From: Selaginella moellendorffii
Lineage: Eukaryota > Plantae > Lycopodiophyta
Direction of reading: 5' to 3'
DNA length: 64,000 bases
Assembly (NCBI RefSeq): GCF_000143415.4
Contig: NW_003314273.1
Span: forward strand, 2,604,719-2,668,718
In this document: positions 24,540-39,640 of the stretch, piece after piece
How the letters are laid out: every line of letters begins with the position of its first letter
Position numbering within the stretch: the first letter of the stretch is position 1
Made by a program: the position numbers and the translations under genes
The notes under the pieces: model-generated
Told to the model about the DNA's origin: nothing
What the model saw: only the letters and a program-made list of their open reading frames with translations
The model's database searches: none

Positions 24540-27500
24540 TTGTGTTTATCTTGATAAAGCAAAATCTAATCACTTTTCTTTCCAGAATTTAAGCACCTTA
24601 CACAGCTTAGTGCTTCAACTACTTAGTCTATTCTAATACAGTGTTTTACAGCTTGAGGAATAGGTGTACAAAAAAACTTCAAATAGCCATTATATTTTCA
24701 AAGTCCCTTTGCTATTTTAGCAGGTATTGGCACTTGGCTTTTTTTCTTCTTAAACCTTCTCTATAGCCAGATCCAGGTGTTCAGACACAGACTTCCAGCC
24801 AAGTGCCCCATGGGATTATAGAAGGTATTGCTCAATTTTAGAATATTTTTTTTAGTTATGGGTTTGTAATGAGATTTTTTAGCTAAGCACAAATTATATA
24901 GCATTCTAGACCCTAGCGTATGGAATCTGATTGCCTCTTCTGAGGAAACACAGTATGCATGTGTTTATATTGCAGATCTATAGCTTCATTCAGGTGGTGA
25001 GCCACTTCTTATATATGTATTATCTCGGTATGGCATATTTTCTACAATCTCTGAGGAACTAAAGATAAAATTGTGTTCAGAATTGCACCCTCAACTATTG
25101 TCTTGAAAATTCCTGACGATATGCCTTGGGACCATATACAAAAGCAGCTACACTCTGTCTCATTCATATACAGAAAGAACTTCTTTGGGCTATGTCTTTC
25201 TTGATGTATACCAGCAATTCAAAATGCATGTTTTGTCAATAGGTGCATGGCCATTTCATCCCTGAAAACCCTCAAGCAATTTCTATTTGTTGTGGCTGCC
25301 ATGTTTGCAAAAAGTTTTCTCAAGAAACAAACCCGAGATATTGGTTGATGTCACTATTGTAAGAACAAATGAACATTTTTTCAAACTTTGCAGGGTCATG
25401 GCAAATTCTATCCAGATACTGGACACCCCCAAGATGTTTACATGGAGGACACTTATATAGACCAAGCATATGGTCTCACTCCTGGCCAATTTCTAAGAAT
25501 GTTCACTTCTACTCAAATGCCCGAGGCAATCAAACTTTTGGAGACAAAAAAGCCACCAACAAGCCACTTTTTATTCTTGACTAGTGCCAATCAAAACTTG
25601 CCAAAAGTTATTGTGTTCAAGGCTAATTAAAGTATTGTGCACTTTCATTTTCTGTTCCAGTGTGCTTTCGTTTTCTGTTTGTACAATATATTGTCTATAA
25701 GCTTGCTACATAGTTGTATATGGGATCCATTGTATTATTACAACCTCAAAGTCTCTTGCAAGACTTTCCACCAAAGCAGGCATCCTAATCATCTTAGTGA
25801 CTTCTTTAAAATGTAGGAACATTGGGATTTGGTCAATCATAGATGATAATTCTGGACTACAGACACTGTTGCTTTAAATTTGAAATTGTGTGGTACACAA
25901 TTTAACTTGGTGCCTACACCATTTCTAACGGTACCTATGCTTTTGCTTAACTAGCAAAAGAATGAACATCTATCTTGCTTACAAGCTATTGACCTTAAGC
26001 TTGGGAGCTTTGTCACTCATTTCTTTGTCACTTGAACTGAGTGGATAATTCTGCATGGTACAAATATAAGGGATTGATAAAATGAATCAAAATACGCACC
26101 TATTTTCAATAAATTCGGCAATGCCAGGTGTAAAGGCTACTCCTCCAACCTGTAAGGTGACTGAGTCATGCTCAATTAGAAAAAAAAAAGAAAGGCTTAC
26201 CAAGAGGATATATGATAAAAACTTCATCTTTAAGTACTACATACAACTGGATGGCTTTCAATAACCATTGATGCAACTGACATATACTTCAAATCTTTCC
26301 CAGTACCAGCTATGTGCATGCAGCATAAGTTATTTGTAAAGCTCAAGGGCCGCCATCAATGAAAATTGTGGCTAAGTTCAAGTGACACATTAGAAATGTC
26401 CCTAAGATTTGATATAGTACATTTGACTTTCTCTATAAACGAGACCATTCATGAGGAGGCATGGATATACTTTGAATAAACCAAGCCTATATACAAACTG
26501 GCTGCTTCCAAATGCTTCCTTTCTATAATCTTCACCATTCTTCAATTTGGCAAAAAACTCCATAGCATTGGTTTTTGTCATAGTCTTATGAATTTTGCAA
26601 GCATTAGCATCAAAGTTCAAATTGACAGCAACAAAGAAAACCTTACATGAGTGATTTAACAAATCTTTTAGTGAAGGGAACTAGCCTTGGTATAGTTTTC
26701 TTCAGAATCTTTGGAATAAGAGTCCAAAACCTACAATGCAAAGAAGTCTCATCATACTGGAAACATGAAACTCTCACATTTTTTCGAAACTCAAAAGCCT
26801 TATAAACTCCTCCTGTATTCTGACGGTTTTTACAAGGGGCCAGTTCCCGTGCCGTTGTTGGACCCATAAAAGACATCTTGCTATGTCCTACAGTTCACGT
26901 GAAGTTAGAAAAGCACATGAACTCATATGATGTACCTCTCCACCATATGCAAGAATTTTCTGACAGACTGATATAGACATTCCATCCTAACAGTAGAAAA
27001 CAATTGTAGTTAAAACAGCGATGAAAATTTTACACAGCCTTGCCTCAATGTAGATTATTAGAAGTGACCTAAGCCCCCATTTAAACTACGCATGCAGATG
27101 AGACATCATTCCCAAATGTAGCTGAAACGCATTCCTACACTTGATGTCATCAAACTAAAGCGTAAGGAAGCTGGAGAAGAGGTACATGGTGTACAACTAC
27201 AGACTCAATTTCCCTTCGCCTGTGTGCCTGGCTCGATCCTGTGTTGCTGCTGGTGCTGCTAGAGTGCTTGATCCTCTAAAAAATCTAGATCAGATTGCAA
27301 GGAAACCTTCGTTGCCAAAGATCTAGAGGGGGATTGAAATCCATGGCGCTCTTGTGGTCGATCCATCGCTGCCGATCACAATTTCCATGCCTTGGATCAG
27401 CTCCACTGTGACTGTCACTTTGTGGCAGCACTGGAGATTCTTGAGCTATAGCAATGACTGATTTGACACCACTACTGCTGTAGCTAAGGTGGCAACAAAC

Positions 27501-27867
27501 CTGGGATTTCCACGGCATCACAAGGCGTTGAATTGCCCAAATGGGCCAGATCCGATCTATATTCGGCACAACATACTTTTTTAGCTTTTGCTTCACATAA
27601 CCCTAAATCTCACAATTAGGTTTTGGGCTTAAGGGCACTACCAAGAATCACAATAGCTTGTAGTAAAAGGTTAGTCTTTCTTCTTAGTTTGTGGCACACC
27701 CTTCTCCAACAAGCAATTGGAAAACCCTAGACAAGCACACATAACCAAGCACATAGTAGGTTTGGGTTTGTTTATATCCTTAGCCTCCACCACATATTAT
27801 ACACTATTTCATATTTCTCTTGTAAATTCAAGTTTGTTTACAAACACGAACTTGCATAAGCTAAATT

Positions 27868-30800
27868 ATGCCTCACCTTTGTCATCTTCTTAGAACTATA
27901 AGAAATACCAATCATTTAGATAAGAATTTCAATACTAACAATTCTGATAAACATCTTGAGTTGCTTCAAATTACTTCAGATCAAAAGGAAATATATACAC
28001 ATCAAAAAATATCCACTACACCATCTCCACCTTCACAAACCACACTAGCAAATCACACTATTTACAAAGATTCATAAATTCCAACTTTTGAAATTGGTTT
28101 TTTATCATCTATTTGTGTTTTTTGTAATGCATCACATTTTAAAAATGAGAACATTGCTATGTATTGTCAACATGGTCAAGTGATATTGCCACCTGTATTA
28201 CCTTTGGCAAATACTTTACTTACGCTTTACAAGCAAAACAAAAACTCTAATTTGAAATCTAATATTAAACACTATAATAGTGCCCTTGCATTTGCATCAA
28301 TAGGTGCTAACATGGACACTTTAAGGGGTAATGTTCCTTATTGCTTTAAAATTCATGGGGAAATTTACCATAGTGTCATGTCATCACATTCTTCTAGTGA
28401 TCAAAGTCCATCTTATGGGCAACTTTATATGCTAGATACACAAGAAGCCATAGATATAAAGCATCAAAACCCATTTAATACAAGTTGCAAGTGAGATTTA
28501 CTATTACATCTTGATACACTCCTTAATCATATTAATCCATATGCACATGCTTATAGAATGATGTATGAAATGGAACAAAAAGAACTTTATGAAGTAGCAA
28601 TTACAAGCTGTCCTTTACGTGGTGTTTATATGTTACTAAGGAATGAAGGAACAGATAATCAACATTATAATATATCACAAACAAATGATGTTGCTATTGT
28701 TTTTGTTAGTGAGAATGGAGAACCTCCACATGGACGTGAAATTTATATATATATCCTATGGTAAATCATTCTAGAAAGATTTCAACACTTGGTGTTAATT
28801 GTGATCCTATGGTTTATCTTTTGATATTTCCTTTTGGTGATAAAGGATGGCATACAAATATTTTGAATATGCGACAATGTCAAACTACATTACTTCTATA
28901 TTATGCATATCATTTATCTAAAAGAGACACACTACAATTAGGTTTCAACCAAATCTTACATGCTGGCAAGCTTACTCAACAATATATTGTTGATGCATAA
29001 TAGGTTTTGGTGGGTATGATAGTAATATAGGTAATTACCTATAATTACCTATATTACTATCATACCCACCAAAAACAATTATGAGTAGAAATGTATACTA
29101 GTCTTATGGATTATGTTGCAAATCATATTTCAAATGAAAATATGAACCCCAGTAAAATTGTTATACTACCTTCAACTTTTGGTGGTGGATCTAAAGCAAT
29201 ACAACAAAATTATCAAGATGCAATGGCAATTGTTGCTCATTACTCAAAACAAGATATTTTCATTACTTTCACTTGCAACTCTAAATGGCTAGAAATTATA
29301 GAAAATTTACATCCAAATGAAAGTCCTGAAGATTGTCCTAATTTTGTCTTTAGAGTTTTCCATATTAAACTTAAAGGAATGTTGAAAGACACAACAAAAA
29401 GATCTGTATTTGGAAAATAGACTAAATAACAAACATACAATTTTTAAAAATAGTTGTCATATGGATAACCATTGGGTTGTACCTTATATCAAGTACTCTT
29501 GTAAAAATATAAGGCTCATATAAATATTGAAATATGTGCAACTATAAAAAGTATTAAATATCTATTTCAATATGTTTATAAAGGCTATGACTGTGCCACT
29601 ATTAAAACCCATTCAACAACTCAACAACATGACAATAGCTTAAACTGGGATGAAATTTCAAGTTTTTTAAATGCATGTTATGTTTTTGCTCTAGAAGCTA
29701 TATGGAGACTTTTCCAATTTAAAATGCATGGCAATTCAACACCTATAATTTGTCTTCCTCTTCATCTAGAAAATTTTCAAAATATCTATTTTATCGAAGG
29801 TAATGAGCAAATTGAACTTCAAAGAGCTAGTTAAAATAGTACTATGTTAACAAAATGGTTTGAATTAAATAGACATGATCCAAATGCAAGGCAATATACG
29901 TATCCTAAAATTCCTTTATATTATATATATAATAAATGCACTCACCAATGACAGATTAGACATCAATAAAATATTATCTTACAAATGTATTTTGTTTCCC
30001 TATCTAATACTAAACTTTATCATTTATGTCTTATATTACTTTACAAAAGAGGGGCTACTTTTTCTAACGATCTAAAAACAGTTCATAATATTTATTTTGA
30101 AATATTTCAACTTATTGCATCTGCTATGGAACTTTAAGCAAATGATATAGAATGGGAAAAATGTTTAAAAGATGCTTGCTCTTTTAAAATGCCACCACAA
30201 TTAAGATAACTATTTGTTTTTTTATGTGTCTTTTATAGTCAAAAACATCCTTATTCCTTGTGGGAAAAATTCAAAAACTCTTTTTCTATAGATTTTATGC
30301 TAACAGATCCATTACTTTGTTATAAGTGTGCTTTATATGATATAAATAAAAAATTCAATCTATATGGAAAATCCAATCAAGACTATAAATCGCCTTTATC
30401 TTATACAAATTTTGATGCAAATAATCATATTAATTTGACATAGTTCATTCATTCTGTAGAACAAAATTTACTTCAGTTTAATGATGAACAATAGATTATA
30501 TATAATGATATCCTTAGCACAATTAAAAATCCAAATGAGAAAAATTGATATATTTTCATTGATAGTCCTAATGGTACTAGTAAAACTTTTCTACTTAACA
30601 CTCTTATACATTCAACTTCTAAACAAAAGTGTAATTAGTATAGCTTGGACAGGTATTGCAAGCACTTTACTGTATAATGGTCAGACATTGCATATAATCT
30701 TTAAACTTCCTGTTCCAATAAATGATTTCTACTTTTGCTATTACAGTTAATAGTGAATCAGGCTAGAAAATTAAAAATGCACATGTGTTAATATGGGATG

Positions 30801-31860
30801 AAATTAGTATGGTTCATACACATGCATTTTCTGCCATTAATTTAGCATTACAAGATATAAAAACAAATGAATTACCTTTTGGAGGAATTGTTATTATTAC
30901 AAGTGGTGACTTAGACAAACACTACTAGTTATTCCACATGGTTATTGAGCACAAATTGTTTCAAATTCAGTAAAAATGAATAGGTTATGGAAAGTTTTTA
31001 GAACACTCACACTAAAAAGGAATATGAGACTAAGTGAAAACAACTCTTTATAGACTGATTGACTTCTTCAAATTGGAAATGGTAATAATTATGTGAATTT
31101 ACCAATTTGCCTTCAAAATCTATTGTATTACCTTACACATGGTAATAATATCCTCTATTGTTGATTTTATTTTCCCATCTCTACAGAATATTTTAGACCC
31201 CTACATTGCATCTAATAGAGTCATACTTACCCCACTTAATGATGATACTTTTCCTACTAATAATGCTATAGTCTCTTCCTTACCTAGTGATATACATATT
31301 TATAAAAGTGTTGACTTTGTTGATACTAAACACCCAAAAGATTTTTCAATTCAATTCTTAAATTCTATTACTCCTAGTCTTCTACTATATAAACTCTTGC
31401 TTAAAGAAGGTATTATCCTTATTCTATTAAGGAATATATGTCCATCGACTGGACTATATAATGGGACACGCCTCATACTTAAACATGCCATCCCAACAGT
31501 TCTAGATGATGAAATTGTATTAGGCCAATTCAAAGGTACACGAGCTTCCATCCATTGAATCACACTCACACCTTCAGACACAAAAATTCCATTAAAATGT
31601 CTAGAAGACAATTTCTAGTGCATTTAGGGTATTGCCTTACAATCTCTGAATGTCAAGGCCAAACATTTGACCAAGTCGGAATACATTTACCACATCCATT
31701 TTTCACCCATAGCCAACTTTATATGGCTTTATCAAGATGCACATCACTAGCAGGATTAGGTATTAAAGTATAGAACACATCACTCCAAGGATAGTTATTC
31801 CCTTTGAGTCCTTCTACTTTCACTATTAACACAATATATAAGGAGGGTTTATATTAAATC
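27868..31860 (+). pseudogene. Helitron Rep/PIF1-helicase, heavily degenerate
   Basis: YNSALAFAS, FKIHGEIYH, YGQLY, DPMVYLLIFPFG..GW, QQYIVDA, ILPSTFGG..QNYQDAMAI, FITFTCN, IAWTGIASTLL..GQTLH, WDEISM, LLRN..GLYNGTRL, QGQT..VG..HSQLYMALSR. Confidence 0.92.
28996..29083. repeat. 42-bp-arm inverted repeat (hairpin) inside the Rep remnant
   Basis: Arms at 28996-29037 and 29042-29083, two mismatches, 4-nt loop CCTA. Confidence 0.95.
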
Positions 31861-33460
31861 CTCCATACATTGTTTGTAGCATTGAAACAAATTTTTGATC
31901 AAGAATGCTGTCCTATTAACAAGCTGTTTTATTTGTTCATTAGACTTAACATTCAAAACAGTATTTGTTAACAAGACAACATATGCTGGGCAAGTGCTAG
32001 TCTATCATAATAAGGAGGGAGTGCCAAAATTTCTGGGCCGCCAGATCCAGCCAATCGTAATCGTCTGATAGGGGGTAACTGTAAAGGGGTTATTTTTTTA
32101 ACCACATCTGTAGCACATGTGGTTTTAACCTTTTATCCTATGGTGATTTACCATAGGATAACACCACGAAGCTGAACTTAAACCCTCTTTATGCCACGTG
32201 ACAGATGCCACATGTCCATAGGAACCCGAGGTTCAAGGCTTTGGGCCACTGAACGAAGGAACGGTGCCAAACTCCCAAGCGTGAAGCTAAAGGGTGATGG
32301 AACCGAACCACGGAGCAACTCCCAAGCATAAAGCCTAAGGAGGGAAGGAACGGGAGCCCGGAGCGACTTGGAACAATCCTGGAGCAACCAACATCCCAAT
32401 GCTAAGACTAGCATGCAAAATGCAGCCAAACGGAGTCTGGCGCTATTTTGGCATACCGGTGGCCTAACGCGAGGATATAGGTACTCCACCAGCTAGCATG
32501 GAATAGAACTTGGGCTTAGACCCAAGCCGGACGTAGAACAAGGACAGGCACGCAAATGGGAGCTAGACTATGCCTCAGGTTGGTTGGCCATGCCCGACCT
32601 ACCCACTATCCCTACTATACATCACTCCAAAGATAGTTATTCCCTTTGAGTCCTTCTACTTTCACTATTAACACAATATATAAGGAGGGTTTATATTAAA
32701 TCCTCCATACATTGTTTGTAGCATTGAAACAAATTTTTGATCAAGAATGCTGTCCTATTAACAAGCTGTTTTATTTGTTCATTAGACTTAACATTCAAAA
32801 CAGTATTTGTTAACAAGACAACATATGCTGGGCAAGTGCTAGTCTATCATAATAAGGAGGGAGTGCCAAACTTTCTGGGCCGCCAGATCCAGCCAATCAT
32901 AATCGTCTGATACGGGGTAACTGTAAAGGGGCTATTTCTTTAACCACATCTGTAGCACACGTGGTTTTAACCCTTTATCCTATGGTGATTTACCATAGGA
33001 TAACACCACGAAGTTGAACTTAAACCCTCTTTATGCCACGTGACAGATGCCACATGTCCATAGGAACCCGAGGTTCAAGGCCTTGGGCCACTGAACGAAG
33101 GAACAGTGCCAAACTCCCAAGCGTGAAGCCAAAGGGTGATGGAACCGAACCACAGAGCAACTCCCGAGCATAAAGCCTAAGGAGGGAAGGAACGGGAGCC
33201 CGGAGCGACTTGGAACAGTCCTGGAGCAACCAGCATCCCAATGCTAGGACTAGCATGCAAAATGGAGCCAAACGGAGTCTGGCGCTATTTTGGCATACCG
33301 GTGGCCTAACGCGAGGATATGGGTACTCCACCAGCTAGCATGGAATAGAACTTGGGCTTAAACCCAAGCCGGACGCAGAACAAGGACAGGCACGCAAACG
33401 GGAGCTAGACTATGCCTCAGGTTGGTCGGCCATGCCCAACCTACCCACTATCCCTACTAT
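31777..33460 (+). repeat. 842-bp tandem duplication spanning the Helitron junction and an LTR end
   Basis: Units at 31777-32618 and 32619-33460, with ACAT microhomology at the breakpoints. Confidence 0.95.
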
Positions 33461-36400
33461 ACATTTGGAACCCCCCACAACCCCCCCTTGAGGAACACAC
33501 GCCTTTGGGCTTTCACCCCAAGCCTTCCTTAGTATCAAGAGTTAGTCTCTGGGACAAGCTCGAAACTTACTAAATATGGAATGTCCCTAGATTGTGAATT
33601 TGGATATGGGACGAACACCATTGTGTTTAGACCGATCTTTACATTCCGTAGATATGCCAAATGAGCAAATCTGGACACTTTCCATAAATAGCATTTGGGA
33701 CCTAAATGAGACTAACACAAAGGGCATGATAGCGAAGGTGTTTGGCAGACACGGTAAGCTATCATATAGCGATATTAAGGGACTAATCTCAATATACGAG
33801 GGTTCTTGTCACTAACAAGTGCAAAACAAAACGAGACGCGAACTCCTTACCAAGCTAAGTATGCTTAGCTAATAACACGTAGGAATTCCATCCTTATGCT
33901 CGTCCGGTCTAAGTACACTCGAAATGCCTAGTTAACTCCACTAGCACAAAAGGGACTGATAAAGGGTCCAGCAATACCGACCTTCTGCCATCGTGGCAGT
34001 AAGGTAAGAGTGTCCGTAAGGACTGGTCGACAAGTAACTTTCGATACCCAAAGTCACATTCGCGACACTCTCCCCCCCTAGGGAAGATCGACGTCCTCGT
34101 CGATGCATATTCGAGTCTAGAATACCGCCAAGGAAACAACTCCAGAAAAAGTTCACAGTACTCACACTATGTGAGAAATGCACCAACTTAAATGAGTTAG
34201 GGGTAACCTTTTTGTATAGCGCGGATGCGCTACCAGCTCAGACACCTTCCGGCCGTCACCGACAAGGAAATGACCAATGGAGTTAGCCACCCTTGCTACT
34301 CTGGGAGTCACCCAGCTTACAAAAGTGTGATACGCCCCTGCCCACAAGGACATAGAGAGAGAAGCTAGAGGCCCTAACCCTCATGAGCAAAGAAACTAAA
34401 CCCGTTCGTAAGGTTTAGATAGACTACTGTAAACAGGCAGTTAGAGTTGTTTACACGGTCACGCCCTTTAACGGAATAAGGAACATCGACAGAGAGGTGG
34501 GTTATGTGACCAGTCGACAGTAGCTACCCCATGACTAGAGATTTCACCATGCACATGAAATGCCGAAGCCAGTCTGCCCATTACTGGCCCAAACGCAAAG
34601 ATCAATAGATGGACAATATCAAAGTCAGAGACAATGATATCTTAGAGACTTAATTATCAGGGAATAAATCTTATATTAGAACACAATAGTATTCCAAGTA
34701 AGTTATCATCCGATAAACCAGTATTATAGTAGATAGGAACTACCAAGATCATCAAACACAGGATTCACTATCTAACAAAATGCAATAGCAAGTGTATCAT
34801 CAAGAAAACTCAATAACCAAACTTAACTATCAAAGATTGCAGATAGAATGCCAAACAACTTACAAAAGGGAACTCAAAGAACACCAAGTATCATCGACAA
34901 GCAAACAAAATGCTCGCGAATGTATCACCCGAAGGAAATAACATCCAAATCTATCAAAACTAACTTGAGCAACAATCAACAGAAGAGAATGAATGCGGTA
35001 AGACTAACAAACACTCATTCTTGCCAACTATCACAAAAGCCAATCTAAATAAATCCCAGCCAACAATACCAAGGAACTCAAGTTGCCTAAGCAAGTGTCA
35101 GTAATATCCTACTGATGTCTCAAACCCAAGAGACCAATCTAAAGCAAACCACAAAGAACATGTGGTATTGCGAAAAGCCAAAAGCTATCAAAGAGAACAA
35201 CTAACTATCATGAAAGATCATCAATTATCCCATAAAAAAGATATGCTAAATCATCGTCAAGCAAGAATCTACCATCCCGAAGAATAGCAAATAATTCCAG
35301 ACCAACAATAATCAAGCAAAACTTTTGATACGGATAATCAACTACCCAAGATGATAGTCAATCATCACCAATGATTGCTAGATGCACATATTAACTTCAT
35401 CGAAGCTAACAAGCCAAAATGTCTTCCTCAACACAAACGTCAATACAGTTGTTAACTAGCAATTGTACAAATGCCAATAACACCAAGCTACAACCAAACC
35501 ATCAACACTATCTCTATCGAGACTAATGAAACTCAATATCAATTCTAAGGATAGACATCTCATCTCACTTGAATCTCAACAACAAGGCATCATTTCAATG
35601 CCATCAACACTAGAACAAAGCTAGAAGAAAGCAAGAGTGAATCACCACTCAAAACTTTTTAGCAACCAAGCTAACCAAAGTCGGAGATACTTTACTCAGT
35701 ATCCGAGACCAATCTCTTAACAATACTCAGTCACAGATAACACTTTCTCAAGGAGTGAATCACCACATCCAAGACTCCATGAAATCCAACACCACGAACT
35801 AAACGCAACCAAATGATATCGACAAAGGTAGAGTCAACATGCCAACATGGAAAACCCATGTAAATCTAACAACACGATCCTCCGCAACCCCATCCAGTAA
35901 AGCAAGCCCATCACTGCTAAATCATCATCAAGTGAAGCAAGTGTCAAAAGCCCTTGACAAAGTCTACAAGCAATCACTAGTCGCAAAGTAATTAATAATC
36001 ACTCTTTTAACTTGCCTTCACAAGACCCAAACACTAAACTCATGCCATCAAGTTATATACTTGTCCAATATAAACATAATACCCCAAGCACGAAATAAAG
36101 GTTCATGGACAAGCACGAACTAAATGACCACTTGAATCCAACTCAACCGTAATAAGCTCACCAACACGTCTAGTCAATAGCTCTGAGCATGCCTTAAAGA
36201 AGCTAGCTATGCATGATCAACACTTAGCCGAAACTAAAGTGAAGACTATGAGACGAACTCATATCAGTACACAACCTCCTCATAGACAAAGCTATAGTAT
36301 GGGTACTAACATCTTAAACTCAAACAACTAAGTTGGATATCACTTTCCTCAGCCAAGGCGTAGGACCACCAAGACCAAGTCAAGATCAGTGAGAGCCCAT

Positions 36401-39400
36401 TACTCTCATAGAGTCTAACGAAATGCAAAGTGTAACTTGCCACCAAGCATAACGCTACAGAAGAAAGGCACAAGAGTCACCCTTCTTAGAAAAGTGCAAT
36501 GGCCACTTTTCTACACTAACTCCAGGCTCTATTCAACTCAATTGCCTTAGCCCCAAAAGTTAACATCCCTTTTGGGCTGCATCATACAAACTCTAACCGA
36601 AGTCAATTCCAACCCTTTCACTAGTTTGTACTGGCTTACGAAAACGGAATGGTTTTCGAGCAAAGTGATCAACAGATCAACCATTGGAAAAGTCTAAGAA
36701 AATTTATGGAAAATTTCCATCCTAGAGAAAAAATGACTCTCAGTCCAAGAATACAAACTTTCAAAACTCAACCAACTTCCTCCTACTAACAACTTCACAT
36801 AGGTTCACCTCAACACAAATTCGCTTGACCCATAGTATGCTTAAGCCTCGAACATCTTTTTGTCCATTCTTTCTACATCCAACACTGACATCCGTAAAAT
36901 GCAAATGGAACATCCAAAGCCTGATCACGAAGACCACATCTTCGGATATCCACATTGCACTAACACTCTTTTTCAACCACTTTCAAGATCCAATGTGAAG
37001 CCAAAACGCTAACAAGAAAAATGACATGGAAAATCAAGCTTTAAGGAAAATTCCTCATCACTCGAATAACAATGTCACTTCCACTAACACAAGTAATAGC
37101 AATGTCAATGCCTCAACCTCACACCTTCTCTATCCAACAATCTACTCCAAGTATTAACGGATAAACCAACAAGCTATAGCAAGTGAATGCTATAACTCTT
37201 TCCAACACGTTACAGGCAAACCCTCAAGGAAACAAGGAACCAACTTAAGCTTAGCATAATGGACCACCATTGAGAATCCTATTAAAGTTACTACAACGCT
37301 ACTTTGTGCAAGTAGACTAGCTTCACCATCAACCACCTTGGGGTTGATCATCGTTTAACCAAGCAACTTCGTAAACACATTGCTCATTATCACTTGGATA
37401 TGATATGGAAATCATAATGACTTGATCATCAATTGAGCAACACCATGAGCAACACCCATGTCATTACTTCAAAGGTTTATGTGACTATCAAGTGTCAACT
37501 CGATTCGACAAAATGCAACATAAATGCCACACTCCACCGATAGAGATTTACAACACTTAACAATACTAACTTTTGTTCACAACACAGACAAGCTCATGCC
37601 ACTCTCTTTCTGACCAATCTCAAAATTAATCCAACACCAAACTACTCGAGGAGCAATAGCAAGGTTCCCCGGAAAAGAATTGAGCATTGCAATCCAAGTC
37701 TTTCAATAGCAAGTCTAGACAAAATGGTATAGTGCTTCACCACTATCCATCCCATAACTCACCATTTGTAAGACCATCATCTCCAAGATGCATCAAGGTA
37801 GGGACTCTTGATTGCATAATATGAACATGAGCAATGAGTTAACACCTCATTGCAAATCATCTCTCCAAGAGAAAATGATTTACGTATTTGATCCTTCGTC
37901 CCCAATGACTCTCTTTTCGGTCTCATCTTTGACTAAACCTCAAGCTTACTTTCGCACTACCTTCAGTTCAATCCAAGAAAAGTTTATGAAAGAGCACGGT
38001 AATGACTACTTGAAGCAATAGACTAATCCCTATAATCTTGATTGATCCACTTGTAATCATGCCTAGGAAGGATCTGCTAGTGCCGTGCTAAACAGCTACG
38101 GACCAGCCTATTTGCCACTCATAGCAAACCCAGAGAAAGTTTACTTTCACTCACGGTACGTGAAACAACTCACGGAACCATTGGAACAACTCATGGAACC
38201 ACCGATAGACTAACATTAATCCTGCCAACTCAAAGTGTAACTTCGAGTTGCTAATGTGCCTCACTCACGAGCCCAAGTGCAAACTCGTACAAATGGAACA
38301 ACTCAAATCCATCCTATGAGCCCAAGAGCAAGCTCACAATATTACAGTACAAAAAGGTAACAAAAACCATACCCAAGGAAAGATTGCGAAGCCTTTGCAC
38401 CAAAACGTGTACCCACTCGGATCATTGTTTTCATCTCTGCATATGCAACGAGACTAATTGCCCAATCTCATTGGATAACACTCGCTGAGACGTATCCTCT
38501 GATACCAAATGTAACGCATGTGGTTTTAACCCTTTATCCTATGGTGATTTACCATAGGATAACACCACGAAGCGGAACCTAAACCCTCTTTATGCCACAT
38601 GATAGATGCTACGTGTCCATGCCACGTGTCCATAAGAACCCGAGGTTCAAGGCCTTGGGCCACTGAACGAAGGAACGGTGCCAAACTCCCAAATGTGAAG
38701 CCAAAGGGTGATGGAACCAAACCACGGAGCAACTCCCGAGCATAAAGCCCAAGGAGCGAAGGAACGGGAGCCCAGAGCGACTTGGAACAGTCTTGGAGCA
38801 ACCAGCATCCCAATGCTAAGACCAGCATGCAAAACGGAGCTAAATGGAGTCTGGCGCTATTTCGGCATATCGGTGGCCTAACGCGAGGATATGGGTACTC
38901 CACCAGCTAGCATGGAATGGAACTTGGGCTTAGATCCAAGCCGGACGCAGAACAAGGACAGGCACGCAAGCGGGAGCTAGACTATGCCTCAAATTGGTCG
39001 GCCATGCCCGACCTACCCACTATCCCTACTATACATTTGGAACCCCCCACAACCCCCCCCTTGAGGAACACACGCCTTTGGGCTTTCACCCCAAGCCTTC
39101 CTTAGTATCAGGAGTTAGTCTTTGGGACAAGCTCGAAATTTACTAAATATGGAATGTCCCTAGGTTGTGAATTTGGATATGGGACGAACACCATTGTGTT
39201 CAGACCGATCTTTACATTCCGTAGATATGCCAAATGAGCAAATCTGGACACTTTCCATAAATAGCATTTGGGACCGAAATAAGACTAACACAAAGGGCAT
39301 GATAGCGAGGGTGTTTGGCAGACACGGTAAACTATCATATAGCGATATTGAGGGACTAATCTCAATACGCGAGGGTTCTTGTCATTAGCAAGTGCAAGAC

Positions 39401-39640
39401 AAAACAAGACAGGAACTCCTTACCAAGCTAAGTATGCTTAGTTAATAACACATAGGAATTCTGTCCTTATACTTATCCGGTCTAAGTACACTCGAAATGC
39501 CCAGTTAACTCCACTAGCATAAGAGGGACTGATAAAGGGTCCAGCAATACCGACCTTCTGCCATCGTGGCAGTAAGGTAAGAGTGTCCATAAGGATTGGT
39601 CGACAGGTAACTTTCGATACCCAAAGTCACATTCGCGACA
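32951..39640 (-). mobile_element. Complete non-autonomous LTR retroelement (LARD-like), copy 2 (6.7 kb)
   Basis: LTRs at 38510-39640 (5') and 32951-34067 (3'). PBS TGGTATCAGAG at 38497-38507. PPT at 34068-34078. TSD ACATC/ACATT (4 of 5). The 4.4-kb interior has no long ORF. Confidence 0.93.

Larger units (their letters stand above)
20900..32000 (+). mobile_element. Helitron 1 (~11.1 kb, decayed autonomous type with cargo)
   Basis: 5' end A|TCTATCATAATAAGG at 20900. 3' end with degenerate hairpin CAACATATGCTG then CTAG at 31997-32000. Internal Rep/PIF1 helicase remnant. Confidence 0.85.
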
